Assembly (NCBI GenBank): GCA_963728205.1
Contig: CAVSIV010000006.1
Coordinates: 1,696,001-1,760,000, forward strand
Source of the DNA: an uncultured Chloroflexia bacterium
GTDB taxonomy: Bacteria > Chloroflexota > Dehalococcoidia > UBA2979
Direction: 5' to 3'
Length of the DNA stretch: 64,000 nucleotides
The notes under the pieces were generated by a model. That model was not told the DNA's origin, did not search any database, and saw nothing but the letters and a program-made list of their open reading frames with translations. A program made the translations under genes and the position numbers. Every line of letters begins with the position of its first letter. Position 1 is the stretch's first letter. Shown piece by piece: positions 1-9,151 of the stretch.

Positions 1-690
1 TCCATCGATGCGACCTGCCGCCGCCTCTGCCTCCTCGCCGAGGCGGCGGTGGTCTCGGTCGACTACCGCCTGGCCCCCGAGCACCCCGCGCCGGCCGCGG
101 CCGAGGACGCCTACGCGGCGCTCCAGTGGGTCGCCGCGCATGCCGCCGAGCTGGGCGGCGATCCCGCGCGCGTCGCGGTCGGCGGCGAGAGCGCCGGCGG
201 CAACCTCGCGGCCGTCGTCTCGCTGCTCGCGCGCGACCGCGGCGGCCCGGCGATCGCGCACCAGGTGCTCGTCTACCCCGTCACCGACTGCGCGATGGAC
301 ACGGCGTCGTACGCGGAGAACCGCGAGTACCTGCTCACCCCCGAGCTGATGACCTGGTTCTGGGACCAGTACGCCCCGCGGGGCATCGACCGCGCCGCAC
401 CGATCATCTCGCCGCTGCGCGCCGCAGACCTGTCCGGACTGCCGTCGGCGCACGTCCTCACCGCGGAGTTCGACCCGCTGCGCGACGAGGGGCGCGCCTA
501 CGCCGACCGCCTCCGCGCCGCCGGCGTCCCGGTTCGCTACGAGAACTACGACGGCCAGATCCACACGTTCTTCACGTCGGCCCACGTGTTCGACGCCGGC
601 GCGCGCGCCGTCGCGGCCGTCGCCGAGCAGCTGCGCACCGTCTTCGCCGCGGGGGAGACGCCCGGCGCGGGCGCCGCGCCGGCCCCTTGA
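1..690 (+). CDS. HSL-family alpha/beta hydrolase (esterase/lipase), 5'-truncated by window
   Basis: Frame open from base 1; [18 protein letters not shown] nucleophile elbow, [12 protein letters not shown] motifs. Confidence 0.9.
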   Translation, partial: SIDATCRRLCLLAEAAVVSVDYRLAPEHPAPAAAEDAYAALQWVAAHAAELGGDPARVAVGGESAGGNLAAVVSLLARDRGGPAIAHQVLVYPVTDCAMDTASYAENREYLLTPELMTWFWDQYAPRGIDRAAPIISPLRAADLSGLPSAHVLTAEFDPLRDEGRAYADRLRAAGVPVRYENYDGQIHTFFTSAHVFDAGARAVAAVAEQLRTVFAAGETPGAGAAPAP

Positions 691-749
691 GCGGGGCGCG
701 CATCATCGAGAGAGCCGCCCGGCGCCCCCCGGGCTGAGAGGACACGACG

Positions 750-2078
750 ATGAAGCTCGAGATGTTCCACCTCCACCCCTACCGCGACCTCCCGGACGAC
801 TTCCCGGAGCGCTACCGCAGCGTGTGGGTGGACGTGCCGCACGAGCTCTTCGACCCGGTCAAGGCGCACCAGATGTACAACGACACGCTCGACGAGCTCG
901 AGTACGCCGCGTCGATGGGCTTCGACGGCATCTGCGTGAACGAGCACCACCAGAACGCCTACGGCTACATGCCGTCGCCGAACATCATGGCCGCGTCGCT
1001 CGCCCGCCGGACGAAGGACGTCGCCATCATCGTGATGGGCAACTCCATCGCGCTCTACAACCCTCCCACGCGCGTCGCCGAGGAGATGGCGATGCTCGAC
1101 TGCATCAGCGGCGGGCGCATGGTGTCGGGCTTCCCGACCGGCACGTCGATGGACACGAACTACGCCTACGGCACGAACCCCGCGCAGCTGCGCGACAAGT
1201 ACTACGAGGCCGCCGACCTGATCGTGAAGGCGTGGACCGAGGATGACGTCTTCGCCTGGGACGGCCGCTTCTTCCAGCTGCGCTACGTGAACATCTGGCC
1301 GCGCCCGATCCAGCAGCCGCACCCGCCGATCTGGGTCCCCGGCGCCGGCTCGATCGAGACGTGGGACTGGTGCCTGCAGAAGAACTACAACTACGCGTAC
1401 CTCTCCTACTCCGGCTTCAAGCGCGGCAAGCAGGTGATGGACGGCTTCTGGGCGAAGGCCGCCGAGCTGGGCGTCGACCGCAACCCGTACCGCGCCGGCT
1501 TCCTGCAGCTGGTGGTCGTCGGCGACAGCGAGGACGAGCTGCGCGAGAAGTACGCACCGCACGTCGAGTACTTCTACCAGAAGATGCTGCACGTCTATCC
1601 CGGCTTCGGCGACGCGCCCGGCTACCGCACGCTGAACACGCTGCGCGCCGGCCTGCTCGCCCAGACGGGCCGTTTCGGCGAGCGCCCGCCGACGCCGACG
1701 TGGGACAACCTGCGCGAGGGCGGCAACGTGATCGCCGGCACCGCGAAGCAGGTCGCCGAGCAGCTCGAGGCGGTGGCGAAGGACCTCAACGTCGGCCACC
1801 TGATGCTGCTCTGCCAGATCGGCTCGCTGCCCCACGACCTCGCGATGGAGAACATCAAGCGCACCGCGACGAAGGTTGTTCCGAAGCTGCGCGGGGTCTT
1901 CTCGGAGTGGGACGACCAGTGGTGGCCGCACATGCTCGAGAAGAAGCGCCGCGTCGAGCAGCAGCCGATGTTCACGAAGTACACGGGCGCGGCGAAGGCG
2001 AACGGCGCCGCGAAGGCGGGTGCGAACGGCAAGGCGAAGGCGAAGGCGAAGAAGGCAAAGGCGGCGGTCAAGCCCTAG
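750..2078 (+). CDS. LLM-class flavin-dependent oxidoreductase (luciferase-like)
   Basis: GFDGICVNEHH, P-RVAEEMAMLD-ISGGR, WPRPIQQPHPPIW motifs; GAGG RBS. Confidence 0.9.
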   Translation: MKLEMFHLHPYRDLPDDFPERYRSVWVDVPHELFDPVKAHQMYNDTLDELEYAASMGFDGICVNEHHQNAYGYMPSPNIMAASLARRTKDVAIIVMGNSIALYNPPTRVAEEMAMLDCISGGRMVSGFPTGTSMDTNYAYGTNPAQLRDKYYEAADLIVKAWTEDDVFAWDGRFFQLRYVNIWPRPIQQPHPPIWVPGAGSIETWDWCLQKNYNYAYLSYSGFKRGKQVMDGFWAKAAELGVDRNPYRAGFLQLVVVGDSEDELREKYAPHVEYFYQKMLHVYPGFGDAPGYRTLNTLRAGLLAQTGRFGERPPTPTWDNLREGGNVIAGTAKQVAEQLEAVAKDLNVGHLMLLCQIGSLPHDLAMENIKRTATKVVPKLRGVFSEWDDQWWPHMLEKKRRVEQQPMFTKYTGAAKANGAAKAGANGKAKAKAKKAKAAVKP

Positions 2079-2097
2079 CCGCACCACCGACGGCGAA

Positions 2098-2122
2098 CAG
2101 CGGGGCTGGCCCCCGCTGCTTT
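2098..2122 (+). terminator. GC hairpin between LLM gene and hydrolase (terminator or processing stem)
   Basis: cagcgggg...ccccgctg followed by cttt. Confidence 0.4.
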
Positions 2123-2162
2123 CGCCCGCCCACACGATGCAAACGTTCAGGGGGCACAAGTC

Positions 2163-2972
2163 ATGAGCGAACGCCAGGTCGACGTCGCGAACGGGCGCTT
2201 CCAGGTCAGCGTCGTCGAGGAAGGGAGCGGCCCGCCGCTGCTCTTCCTGCACGGCATCAGCGGCCTCAACTGGGACGACTCGCTCGACGCGCTCGCGCGG
2301 AGCCACCGCGTGATCGCGCCGCGCCACCCCGGCTACGGCGACGCCAGCCAGGATGAGCTCGACACCGTGTCCGACCTCGTCTACTCGTACCTCGACCTGC
2401 TCGACGCGCTCGACCTGGACGGCGTCCCGATGGTGGGCCACTCGCTCGGCGGCATGATCGCGGCCGAGCTTGCGGCGACGCAGCCGAAGCGCTTCTCGAA
2501 GCTCGTGCTGCTCGCGCCGATGGGTTTCTTCCACCTCGACCGCCCGACGTTCGACTTCTTCGCGTGCACGCCGCGCGAGATGGCGGCCGCGTTCTTCAGC
2601 GACCCCGACTCCGCGGCGGCGCAGTCCGCCGGCGACCGCGGCCTCGCGCGCATCGCGCAGGTCGGCCACGAGTCGCAGGAGGGCCGCGAGCTGATCGAGG
2701 TCTACGTCGAGCGCACGAAGACGCTCGCCACCGCCGCGAAGTACCTCTGGCCGATCCCGAACCGCGGGCTCGGCAAGCGCATCCACCGCATCTCCGCGCC
2801 GACCCTCGTCGTATGGGGCGAGCAGGATCACGTCGTCCCGCCGTCCTATGCCGACGACTTCACGCGGGGCATCAGGGGCGCGCGCTGCGAGCTGATCCCC
2901 GGTGCCGGCCACGAGCTGATGCTCGAGCAGCCGGGGCGCGTGGTGGAGCTGATCGAGCAGTTCATCGGGTAG
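2163..2972 (+). CDS. alpha/beta fold hydrolase
   Basis: LLFLHG, GHSLGG, VWGEQD, GAGH catalytic motifs. Confidence 0.9.
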   Translation: MSERQVDVANGRFQVSVVEEGSGPPLLFLHGISGLNWDDSLDALARSHRVIAPRHPGYGDASQDELDTVSDLVYSYLDLLDALDLDGVPMVGHSLGGMIAAELAATQPKRFSKLVLLAPMGFFHLDRPTFDFFACTPREMAAAFFSDPDSAAAQSAGDRGLARIAQVGHESQEGRELIEVYVERTKTLATAAKYLWPIPNRGLGKRIHRISAPTLVVWGEQDHVVPPSYADDFTRGIRGARCELIPGAGHELMLEQPGRVVELIEQFIG

Positions 2973-3207
2973 GGCGTCCGGCCGGATCCGCGGCCGGCTG
3001 GTGTCGGCCGCCCGCGGCGAGCAGGGTGCGTCAGCGCGCTGTTTCTGGCGAGCGAGCCCACCGGCGCCGCAGGACGTCGCGTGACCTGCTCTCCCGGCCG
3101 AACACCCCTCCCGCGCCGCAGCGCGAGCGGCGACCCGCCTCCTACTTGTCCCTTGCCCGCTCGCCGAACAGACTGACCCCGTCCCGAACCGCCCGGAGGA
3201 GCGCACG

Positions 3208-3363
3208 ATGCTCGACTGGATTCCGTTCGCCGTCGCCGCCGTCGTCCTGCTGTGGGCGGCCGCCTCGTTCGCCATGGCCGCCACCGGGGGTCAGCGCGCC
3301 GGCCTGCACGAGATCGCGCCGCCGGAGCCGAGCATGCAGGACGAGCCGCCCCCGGCGGAGTAG
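3208..3363 (+). CDS. small membrane protein, 51 aa (not in ORF track)
   Basis: GGAGGAG RBS then MLDWIPFAVAAVVLLWAAASFAMAA...EPPPAE*; one hydrophobic helix, GC3-biased codons. Confidence 0.6.
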   Translation: MLDWIPFAVAAVVLLWAAASFAMAATGGQRAGLHEIAPPEPSMQDEPPPAE

Positions 3364-3430
3364 CCCGTCGCGCCCCGGTGCTACGCTCCCGCCCCGTCCG
3401 AACCACGACGGTGCAGCGGAGGCGCATTCC

Positions 3431-4198
3431 ATGGGCGACACGGTCCTCTACGAGCGCGACGGTCGCGTCGCCACCATCACCTACAACCGCCCCGAAGCCC
3501 TCAACGCGATCAACTCCGAGCTGCGCGCCGACCTCAACGCAGCCTGGTCCCGCTTCCGCGACGACGAGGAGGCGTGGGTCGCCATCGTCACCGGCGCCGG
3601 CCGCGCCTTCAGCGCCGGCGCCGACCTGCGCGACCCGGCCGTCCAGCAGTCGGGCACCTTCTGGGAGGTGCCGTCGCTGACGTCGCTCGAGTCCGGCATG
3701 GAGATCTGGAAGCCGGTGATCGCGGCGGTGAACGGCTATGCGCTCGGCTTCGCGCTCACGCTCGTCGCGTCCTGCGACTTCGTGATCGCGAGCGAGCGCG
3801 CCGAGTTCGGCTTCCCGGAGGTGCGCATCGGCGTCCCGACCATCCAGGGCGCCGTGCGCATGCCGCGCCGCGTCGGCTGGCAGAACGCGATGGAGCTGCT
3901 GCTGATCGGCGAGCGGGTGAGCGCCGAGCGCGCGAAGGAGATGGGCCTCGTCTGGAAGATCGTCCCGCACGAGCAGCTGATGGACGAGGCGCGGGCGCTC
4001 GCGGCGCGGCTGCTGCAGTCGGCGCCCCTCGCCGTGCGCGCGACGAAGGAGGTCGCGTGGCGCGGCCAGGAGCTGCCCTTCGCCGAGGCCATCCGGTTCG
4101 GCGAGACGATGCGCCGCGTCGGCCGCGCGACCGAGGACGCGCAGGAGGGCCCGACCGCGTTCCGCGAGAAGCGCGCCCCGGAGTGGCAGGGGCGCTGA
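3431..4198 (+). CDS. enoyl-CoA hydratase/isomerase
   Basis: NRPEALNA, GAGRAFSAGADL, KPVIAAVNG, FGFPEV, AFREKRAP-W-GR. Confidence 0.92.
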   Translation: MGDTVLYERDGRVATITYNRPEALNAINSELRADLNAAWSRFRDDEEAWVAIVTGAGRAFSAGADLRDPAVQQSGTFWEVPSLTSLESGMEIWKPVIAAVNGYALGFALTLVASCDFVIASERAEFGFPEVRIGVPTIQGAVRMPRRVGWQNAMELLLIGERVSAERAKEMGLVWKIVPHEQLMDEARALAARLLQSAPLAVRATKEVAWRGQELPFAEAIRFGETMRRVGRATEDAQEGPTAFREKRAPEWQGR

Positions 4199-4213
4199 CC
4201 GCGATCGGCCGGT

Positions 4214-4432
4214 TCGAGCGGCACCAGGCAGGGCGCCGATCCCTCCCGAGCCGGGCGGTGTCCTCGGAGCGGGTCGGCCCACCATCGGGCCGCGCCCGCC
4301 TTCGTCCCGAACGCGCGCCGCGCCGCCACCCTCGGCGCGCGCGCCGTTCCGCTGCTCGCCGCCTTGCCCGTCTCACCCCGCGGTCCGCGAGTCGCGCGGG
4401 AGGGATCGGCACCCTCCCTGGTGCCGCTCGAG
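4214..4432. repeat. REP family B, inverted pair (tcgagcggcaccaggcaggg.gccgatccctccc)
   Basis: Forward copy ~4214-4247, reverse copy ~4398-4431; same unit as at 8757-9050. Confidence 0.75.
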
Positions 4433-4565
4433 GCGGAGCGCTGCGAATCCGTTCGCAGCCCTACCTTCACGTTCACTGGAAACTTGCCCCATCACGCGCA
4501 TACAATTCCGCGCGTTGCGGACGGCCGAGAGCCGAGGCCGTCGCACGTATGGATGGAGGACCGCG

Positions 4566-5798
4566 TTGGTTGATTTCGCCGATACCCCGGACCAGGCCGA
4601 GTTCCGCACCCAGGTCGAGACCTTCCTCGAGAAGAACCTGCCGCCCGTCCTGACCGCGAGCCGCGATGAGGCGGCGTTCCGCGGCTTCATGGAGGAGGAC
4701 GGCACCGAGGAACGCGACGACCGCGCCAAGGCGCGCGCCGACGCGCTCAAGATCTGGCGCGCCGCCCTCGTCGACAAGGGCTGGATCGCGCCCGCGTGGC
4801 CGAAGGAGTACGGCGGCGCCAACCTCAGCCCGATGGAGCAGTTCATCATGAACGAGACGTTCACCGAGGCCCGGGCCCCGCGCCTCGGCGTCCCGGACGT
4901 CGGCTCCACGATCATGGTCCACGGCACCGACGAGCAGAAGAAGGAGTTCCTCCCGCCGATGGTGCGCGGGGAGACCCGGTGGTGCCAGGGCTACTCCGAG
5001 CCCGGCTCCGGCTCCGACCTCGCCTCGCTGCAGACCCGCGCCGTGCGCGACGGCGACGACTTCGTGATCAACGGCCAGAAGATCTGGACCTCCGGCGCGC
5101 ACCTCGCGAACATGATCTTCGCGCTCGTCCGCACCGACCCCGAGGCCCCGAAGCACCGCGGCATCACCTACCTGCTCTTCCCGATGAACCAGCCGGGCAT
5201 CTCGGTCCGGCCGCTCGTCCAGATGAGCGACGCCCGAGGCTTCAACGAGGTCTTCTTCGAGGACGTCCGCGTCCCGGTGAAGAACGCCGTCGGCGAGATC
5301 AACCGCGGCTGGTACGTCGGCGCCACGCACCTCGACTTCGAGCGGTCGTCGATTGGCTCCGCTATCGGCCAGCGCCAGATGCTCGACTCGCTGCGCTCGT
5401 ACCTGACGGAGCAGCGCGACGCGAAGAGCGGCATCGCGCGGCTCGAGGGCCCGGACTCGCCGCGGCTCGAGTTCGCCGACCGCTACATCGAGGCGGCCGT
5501 TGCGAAGACGCTGTCACAGCGCGTGATCTCGATGCAGGCCCGCGGCCTCATCCCCAACTACGAGGCCTCGATGACCAAGGTCTTCTCGACCGAGTTCAAC
5601 CAGCGCATCGCCCGCACCGCGACGAAGCTCCTCGGCAAGTACGGCGACGTCCGCAACGGCCCGAAGGACTACGTGCCGATGCGTGGCCGCTGGGCGACGA
5701 TGTATCTCTCGAGCGTGTCGTCGACGATCGCCGGCGGCACTTCGGAGATCCAGCGCAACGTGATCGCGACGCGCGGTCTTGGCCTGCCGCGCGGCTAG
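4566..5798 (+). CDS. acyl-CoA dehydrogenase
   Basis: TTG start after GGAGGA; WCQGYSEPGSGSDLASL, INGQKIWTS, FNEVFFEDV, TIAGGTSEIQRNVIA. Confidence 0.93.
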   Translation: MVDFADTPDQAEFRTQVETFLEKNLPPVLTASRDEAAFRGFMEEDGTEERDDRAKARADALKIWRAALVDKGWIAPAWPKEYGGANLSPMEQFIMNETFTEARAPRLGVPDVGSTIMVHGTDEQKKEFLPPMVRGETRWCQGYSEPGSGSDLASLQTRAVRDGDDFVINGQKIWTSGAHLANMIFALVRTDPEAPKHRGITYLLFPMNQPGISVRPLVQMSDARGFNEVFFEDVRVPVKNAVGEINRGWYVGATHLDFERSSIGSAIGQRQMLDSLRSYLTEQRDAKSGIARLEGPDSPRLEFADRYIEAAVAKTLSQRVISMQARGLIPNYEASMTKVFSTEFNQRIARTATKLLGKYGDVRNGPKDYVPMRGRWATMYLSSVSSTIAGGTSEIQRNVIATRGLGLPRG

Positions 5799-5829
5799 CC
5801 CGCGCGCGCAACGGCTCCCGGCACGAAGA

Positions 5830-5857
5830 AGGGGCCCGTCCGATTGGACGGGCCCCT
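5830..5857. terminator. hairpin between convergent genes
   Basis: aggggcccgtcc-gatt-ggacgggcccct, 12-bp stem. Confidence 0.6.
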
Positions 5858-5908
5858 CCTAATCCGGCGGCGGCTGCTGCGCGGCCGGCCTGTCGGCGGA
5901 AGCCACGC

Positions 5909-5968
5909 CCCACAGCGGCGGCAGATATGCCGCCGACACGTCGGCGGCAGATATGCCGCCGCTGTGGG
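5909..5968. repeat. REPIN family A copy
   Basis: cccacagcggcggcagatatgccgccgac...gtcggcggcagatatgccgccgctgtggg. Confidence 0.85.
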
Positions 5969-6005
5969 TCCGCGCGGGGCCTCGGGCCCGCCGCGCGCCC
6001 GGCGT

Positions 6006-6302
6006 CTACTGGCGCACGCCCTTGAAGTTCCCGCTGCCGAACGCACCGAACTGCACCTGGCCGGCGAGCTCCTCGCCCTCGGCCTTGCCGGCCCAGCTCA
6101 GCTCCAGCGGGCCCATCGGCCCCGCGACCGTGTTCTTCCAGGCGAACGAGTCGCCGTCGACCGCGCCCTGGACCTCGCCGGCACCCTGGCCGCCCTCGGT
6201 CGTCACCTTGAGCGCGTCGCCGTCGACCGCGAGGTTCACGATCGCGGACTGCTCGCCCATCGGCGTGTTGAATGTCAGCTTCCACTTGCCGTCGAGTGCC
6301 AT
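6006..6302 (-). CDS. small beta-rich hypothetical protein (98 aa)
   Basis: GAGG RBS; MALDGKWKLTFNTPMGEQ...VQFGAFGSGNFKGVRQ. Confidence 0.75.
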   Translation of the reverse strand: MALDGKWKLTFNTPMGEQSAIVNLAVDGDALKVTTEGGQGAGEVQGAVDGDSFAWKNTVAGPMGPLELSWAGKAEGEELAGQVQFGAFGSGNFKGVRQ

Positions 6303-6484
6303 GTTCCAACCCTCCTCGGAATGCCGTGGCACACCCGACGGCAGCGCCGCCCCGCCACATACGGATAGTACGCGTGTCGACGCCGGTCGCGAGCGGCGAT
6401 CGCGGTGCGGCGTCGCACGCTCAGGTGCGCGCATGAGGGCCCGCCGCGCAGCAGGGCGAACGCCGACGTCCGCGCCGCCCGGCG

Positions 6485-6898
6485 TCACTCCACGAACTCC
6501 TGCTCCTCCATCCACTCGCGGGCCAGCCGGCGGGCGGCCTGCGGGGTCGGCGCCTCGAGGCCGCGGCGGCGGAGGTCGAGCGCGGCCTCGCCGGCGGGCG
6601 TCTTCGCCCGCGGCCCCATGCGGTCCGCGAAGCGATCGAGGTCCCCGGCGAACGCGTCGCGCCAGCCCTCGGTGCGGTCGAAGACCGGCTGCGTCTCGAG
6701 CACGCCCACCTCGTTGAAGCGGTCCATGAACTGCAGGTCGGCGGCCGACTCGCCCTCCCACACGAACAGCCGCTTGTCGCCGCCGAGGTTGTAGGCGGCA
6801 TGCAGCTTCAGGGTGTCGGGGGCTTTCGCCTGCCAAATCGTCGCCCACAGCTCGGGGTCGCGCTCGCGGTCCGAGCTCAGCATCGAGACGTACAGCAT
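6485..6898 (-). CDS. hypothetical protein, DUF3303/GYD-like
   Basis: AAGGAG RBS; MLYVSMLS...LHAAYNLGGDKRLFVWEGES; family call tentative. Confidence 0.65.
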   Translation of the reverse strand: MLYVSMLSSDRERDPELWATIWQAKAPDTLKLHAAYNLGGDKRLFVWEGESAADLQFMDRFNEVGVLETQPVFDRTEGWRDAFAGDLDRFADRMGPRAKTPAGEAALDLRRRGLEAPTPQAARRLAREWMEEQEFVE

Positions 6899-6929
6899 CG
6901 GGTCTCCTTTCGGGGGACGCGGGAACTCG

Positions 6930-7538
6930 TCAGAGGAGGTACGCGCCGAACCACCGCAGCAGCTCCGCGCGCACGTCCTTGCGACGCTGACGCAGGCTAT
7001 GCGTCGCGCCCTCGAGCAGCACGAGGCGCTTCGGCTCGCCCGCCATGCGGTGCAGCAGGCGCGAGCAGTCGGGCGAGAGGCGCGTGTCGTCGAGGCCGTG
7101 GATCAGCAGCAGCGGCGTCGGCGCCAGCTCGGCGACGCGCTGCGCGCCCGCCGTCTGCGTCGACAGCGTCGCGACGCACGCCACGCGCGGCTCCCCGATC
7201 GCGGCGTCGATCACGACCGCGCCGCCGAACGAGTGACCGGCGAGCGCGATGCGCTCCACGCCGCGGTCGGCGAGGTACGCGATGCCCGCGCGGACGTCGT
7301 GCACGCCCTCGTCGACGTCATTGGGGAAGCGGTGGATGCGGAAGTCGAGCCGCAGCGCGCCGTGCCCGGCCGCGACGAGATCGGCCGCGAGGTCGGGGTA
7401 GAGCGCCTCGGCCGGCCCGTCGAACCCGCCGTCGGCGCCGCCGACGAGGATGACGGCGGAGTCGCCCTCGGGCGGCGGCGGGTCGAAGCGCGCGGCGACG
7501 TCGCCGCGGTCGGTGGGAATCTGAATCGCTTCCCTCAC
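6930..7538 (-). CDS. alpha/beta hydrolase
   Basis: GTG start VREAIQIPT; GHSFGG, LLIHGLDD, GATH. Confidence 0.85.
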   Translation of the reverse strand: MREAIQIPTDRGDVAARFDPPPPEGDSAVILVGGADGGFDGPAEALYPDLAADLVAAGHGALRLDFRIHRFPNDVDEGVHDVRAGIAYLADRGVERIALAGHSFGGAVVIDAAIGEPRVACVATLSTQTAGAQRVAELAPTPLLLIHGLDDTRLSPDCSRLLHRMAGEPKRLVLLEGATHSLRQRRKDVRAELLRWFGAYLL

Positions 7539-7574
7539 GTGCCGGATGGTACGTGGGACGCGCGCGGTGTGTGG

Positions 7575-7685
7575 CAAGCGGCGGCAGCATGCCGCCGATG
7601 CCGTGGAGGGCGCGAGCCCGCCGCGGGGCTCCCGTGGCGTCGCTCGCGCGACGCACGGCATCGGCGGCATGCTGCCGCCGCTTGA
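7575..7685. repeat. REPIN family A copy (gcagcatgc loop variant)
   Basis: caagcggcggcagcatgccgccgatgc...gcatcggcggcatgctgccgccgcttg. Confidence 0.85.
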
Positions 7686-8735
7686 CTACAGCTCCAGCGC
7701 CTCGCGGGCGGCCTTGAACGCCGGGTCGTCCATGCGGAACGCGTCGCCGTCCACGTCGGCGAGCGCGGCGAGGTGGCCGGCCAGCAGCTGCGCCGGCACG
7801 ACCTCCACGAGCGGCGCGAGCCACTCGCCGACGTCGGGGACGCGCAGCCACCGCGCGCCCTCGGGCGCGGCGACCGGCGCCACCCACGCGACGTCGCAGC
7901 CCAGCCGCTGGGCGAAGGCCGCCGCCTGGCGCGTGCGCTCCAGCCCCGGGCCCTCGCCGGCGAACACGAGGAACGCCTCGCTCGCCGCGACCTGCACCTG
8001 CGGGCCGTGGAGGAACTGCTCGACCGCGTACGACCGCACCGCGCGCCGCGCGGCCTCCGCGATCTTGATGTGCGCCTCGTGCGCGCTCGGCTCGTGCGGC
8101 CCCGCACCCAGCGCGACGATCGCCGACGCCCCCTGCCAGTCGCGCGCCAGCGCCGCCACCTCGGGCTCGCGGTCCAGCGCCTCGGCCACCGCGCCCGGCA
8201 CCACATCGAGGTGTCCCAGGCACTCGTGCGTGATCGCGTCGGCGACGCGCGCCGCCACGAGCATCGCTGCCGTGTGCGAGACCGTGAACATCGACGACGG
8301 GTCGCGCGCGACCGTGTGCAGCACGACCGCGCCTTCCGGCAGGTCGGCGCCGGTGAGCGCCGACTCCGTGCTCGTCACGACCACCACGCCGCACCCGCGC
8401 TCGGCGAGCAGCGCCAGCGCGCGCTTCGAGAACTGCTTGCGGCCGCTGTGCGTGAACACGATCGCTGCGTCGTCGGCGGTCAGCCCCGGCGGATAGGCGA
8501 CGAAGTCGTGCGACGACCACGGACGGGCGTCGAGCCCCGCGCGGCCGAGCATCGCTGCCGCGACCGCGGCCGCGTTCGACGACGTCCCGATGCCGACGGC
8601 GAAGACGCGTCGCGCCTCCCACAGCAGGCGCCCGGCCGCCGCCACCGGCTCGTCCGCACCGAGCAGTCGCTCGAGCTCGGCCGGCTGGCGCCGGATCGCC
8701 TCGTACAGCCGGTAATCCCCGATCGATCGCGTCAC
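7686..8735 (-). CDS. SIS-domain sugar-phosphate isomerase (GlmS isomerase-domain/FrlB-like)
   Basis: GGAGG RBS, GTG start; I--QP, GIGTSSNA, FTHSG, EAHIKIAE, EQFLHGP. Confidence 0.85.
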   Translation of the reverse strand: MTRSIGDYRLYEAIRRQPAELERLLGADEPVAAAGRLLWEARRVFAVGIGTSSNAAAVAAAMLGRAGLDARPWSSHDFVAYPPGLTADDAAIVFTHSGRKQFSKRALALLAERGCGVVVVTSTESALTGADLPEGAVVLHTVARDPSSMFTVSHTAAMLVAARVADAITHECLGHLDVVPGAVAEALDREPEVAALARDWQGASAIVALGAGPHEPSAHEAHIKIAEAARRAVRSYAVEQFLHGPQVQVAASEAFLVFAGEGPGLERTRQAAAFAQRLGCDVAWVAPVAAPEGARWLRVPDVGEWLAPLVEVVPAQLLAGHLAALADVDGDAFRMDDPAFKAAREALEL

Positions 8736-8756
8736 GTTCACCTCCAAGCGGCACCT

Positions 8757-9050
8757 CGAGCGGCACCAGGCCGGGGCCGATCCCTCCCACCCCGCGAACC
8801 CGGTTCGAGCGGCACCAGGCAGGGTGCCGATCCGTCCCACCCCGCGGGCCCGGTCGAGCGGCACCAGGCAGGGTGCCGATCCGTCCCACCCCGCGGGCCC
8901 GGTCGAGCGGCACCAGGCAGGGTGCCGATCCGTCCCCGTCCCCGTCACTCCCCACGGCGCCACGGGGCCGCCCCGATGCCGGCCCGGCGCGGGCCATGCG
9001 GCGGGTGCGCCGGCTGGGCGGGATCGGCACCCTGCCGGCTGCCGCTCGAC
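8757..9050. repeat. REP family B: four tandem ~49-bp copies plus one inverted copy
   Basis: tcgagcggcaccaggcagggtgccgatccgtcccaccccgcgggcccgg at 8757, 8805, 8854, 8903; reverse copy ~9016-9050. Confidence 0.9.
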
Positions 9051-9151
9051 CAGTCGCACGCGGCCGGCGCGAGTGCCGCAGTCTACCCGAGCCGTCTTGC
9101 CGCGACCGCTATCATCCGCGCCAGCGACACGCACCCGCAGCGGAGACGCCC

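Noticed and set aside
546-3284. Long antisense or off-frame ORFs (e.g. 546-3284, 19706-22309, 34400-37465)
   Set aside because: Shadow ORFs from stop-codon scarcity at high GC; they overlap well-supported genes and have no motifs
8757-8940. CRISPR array
   Set aside because: The sequences between repeats are nearly identical and short, the same unit is scattered elsewhere, and there are no cas genes
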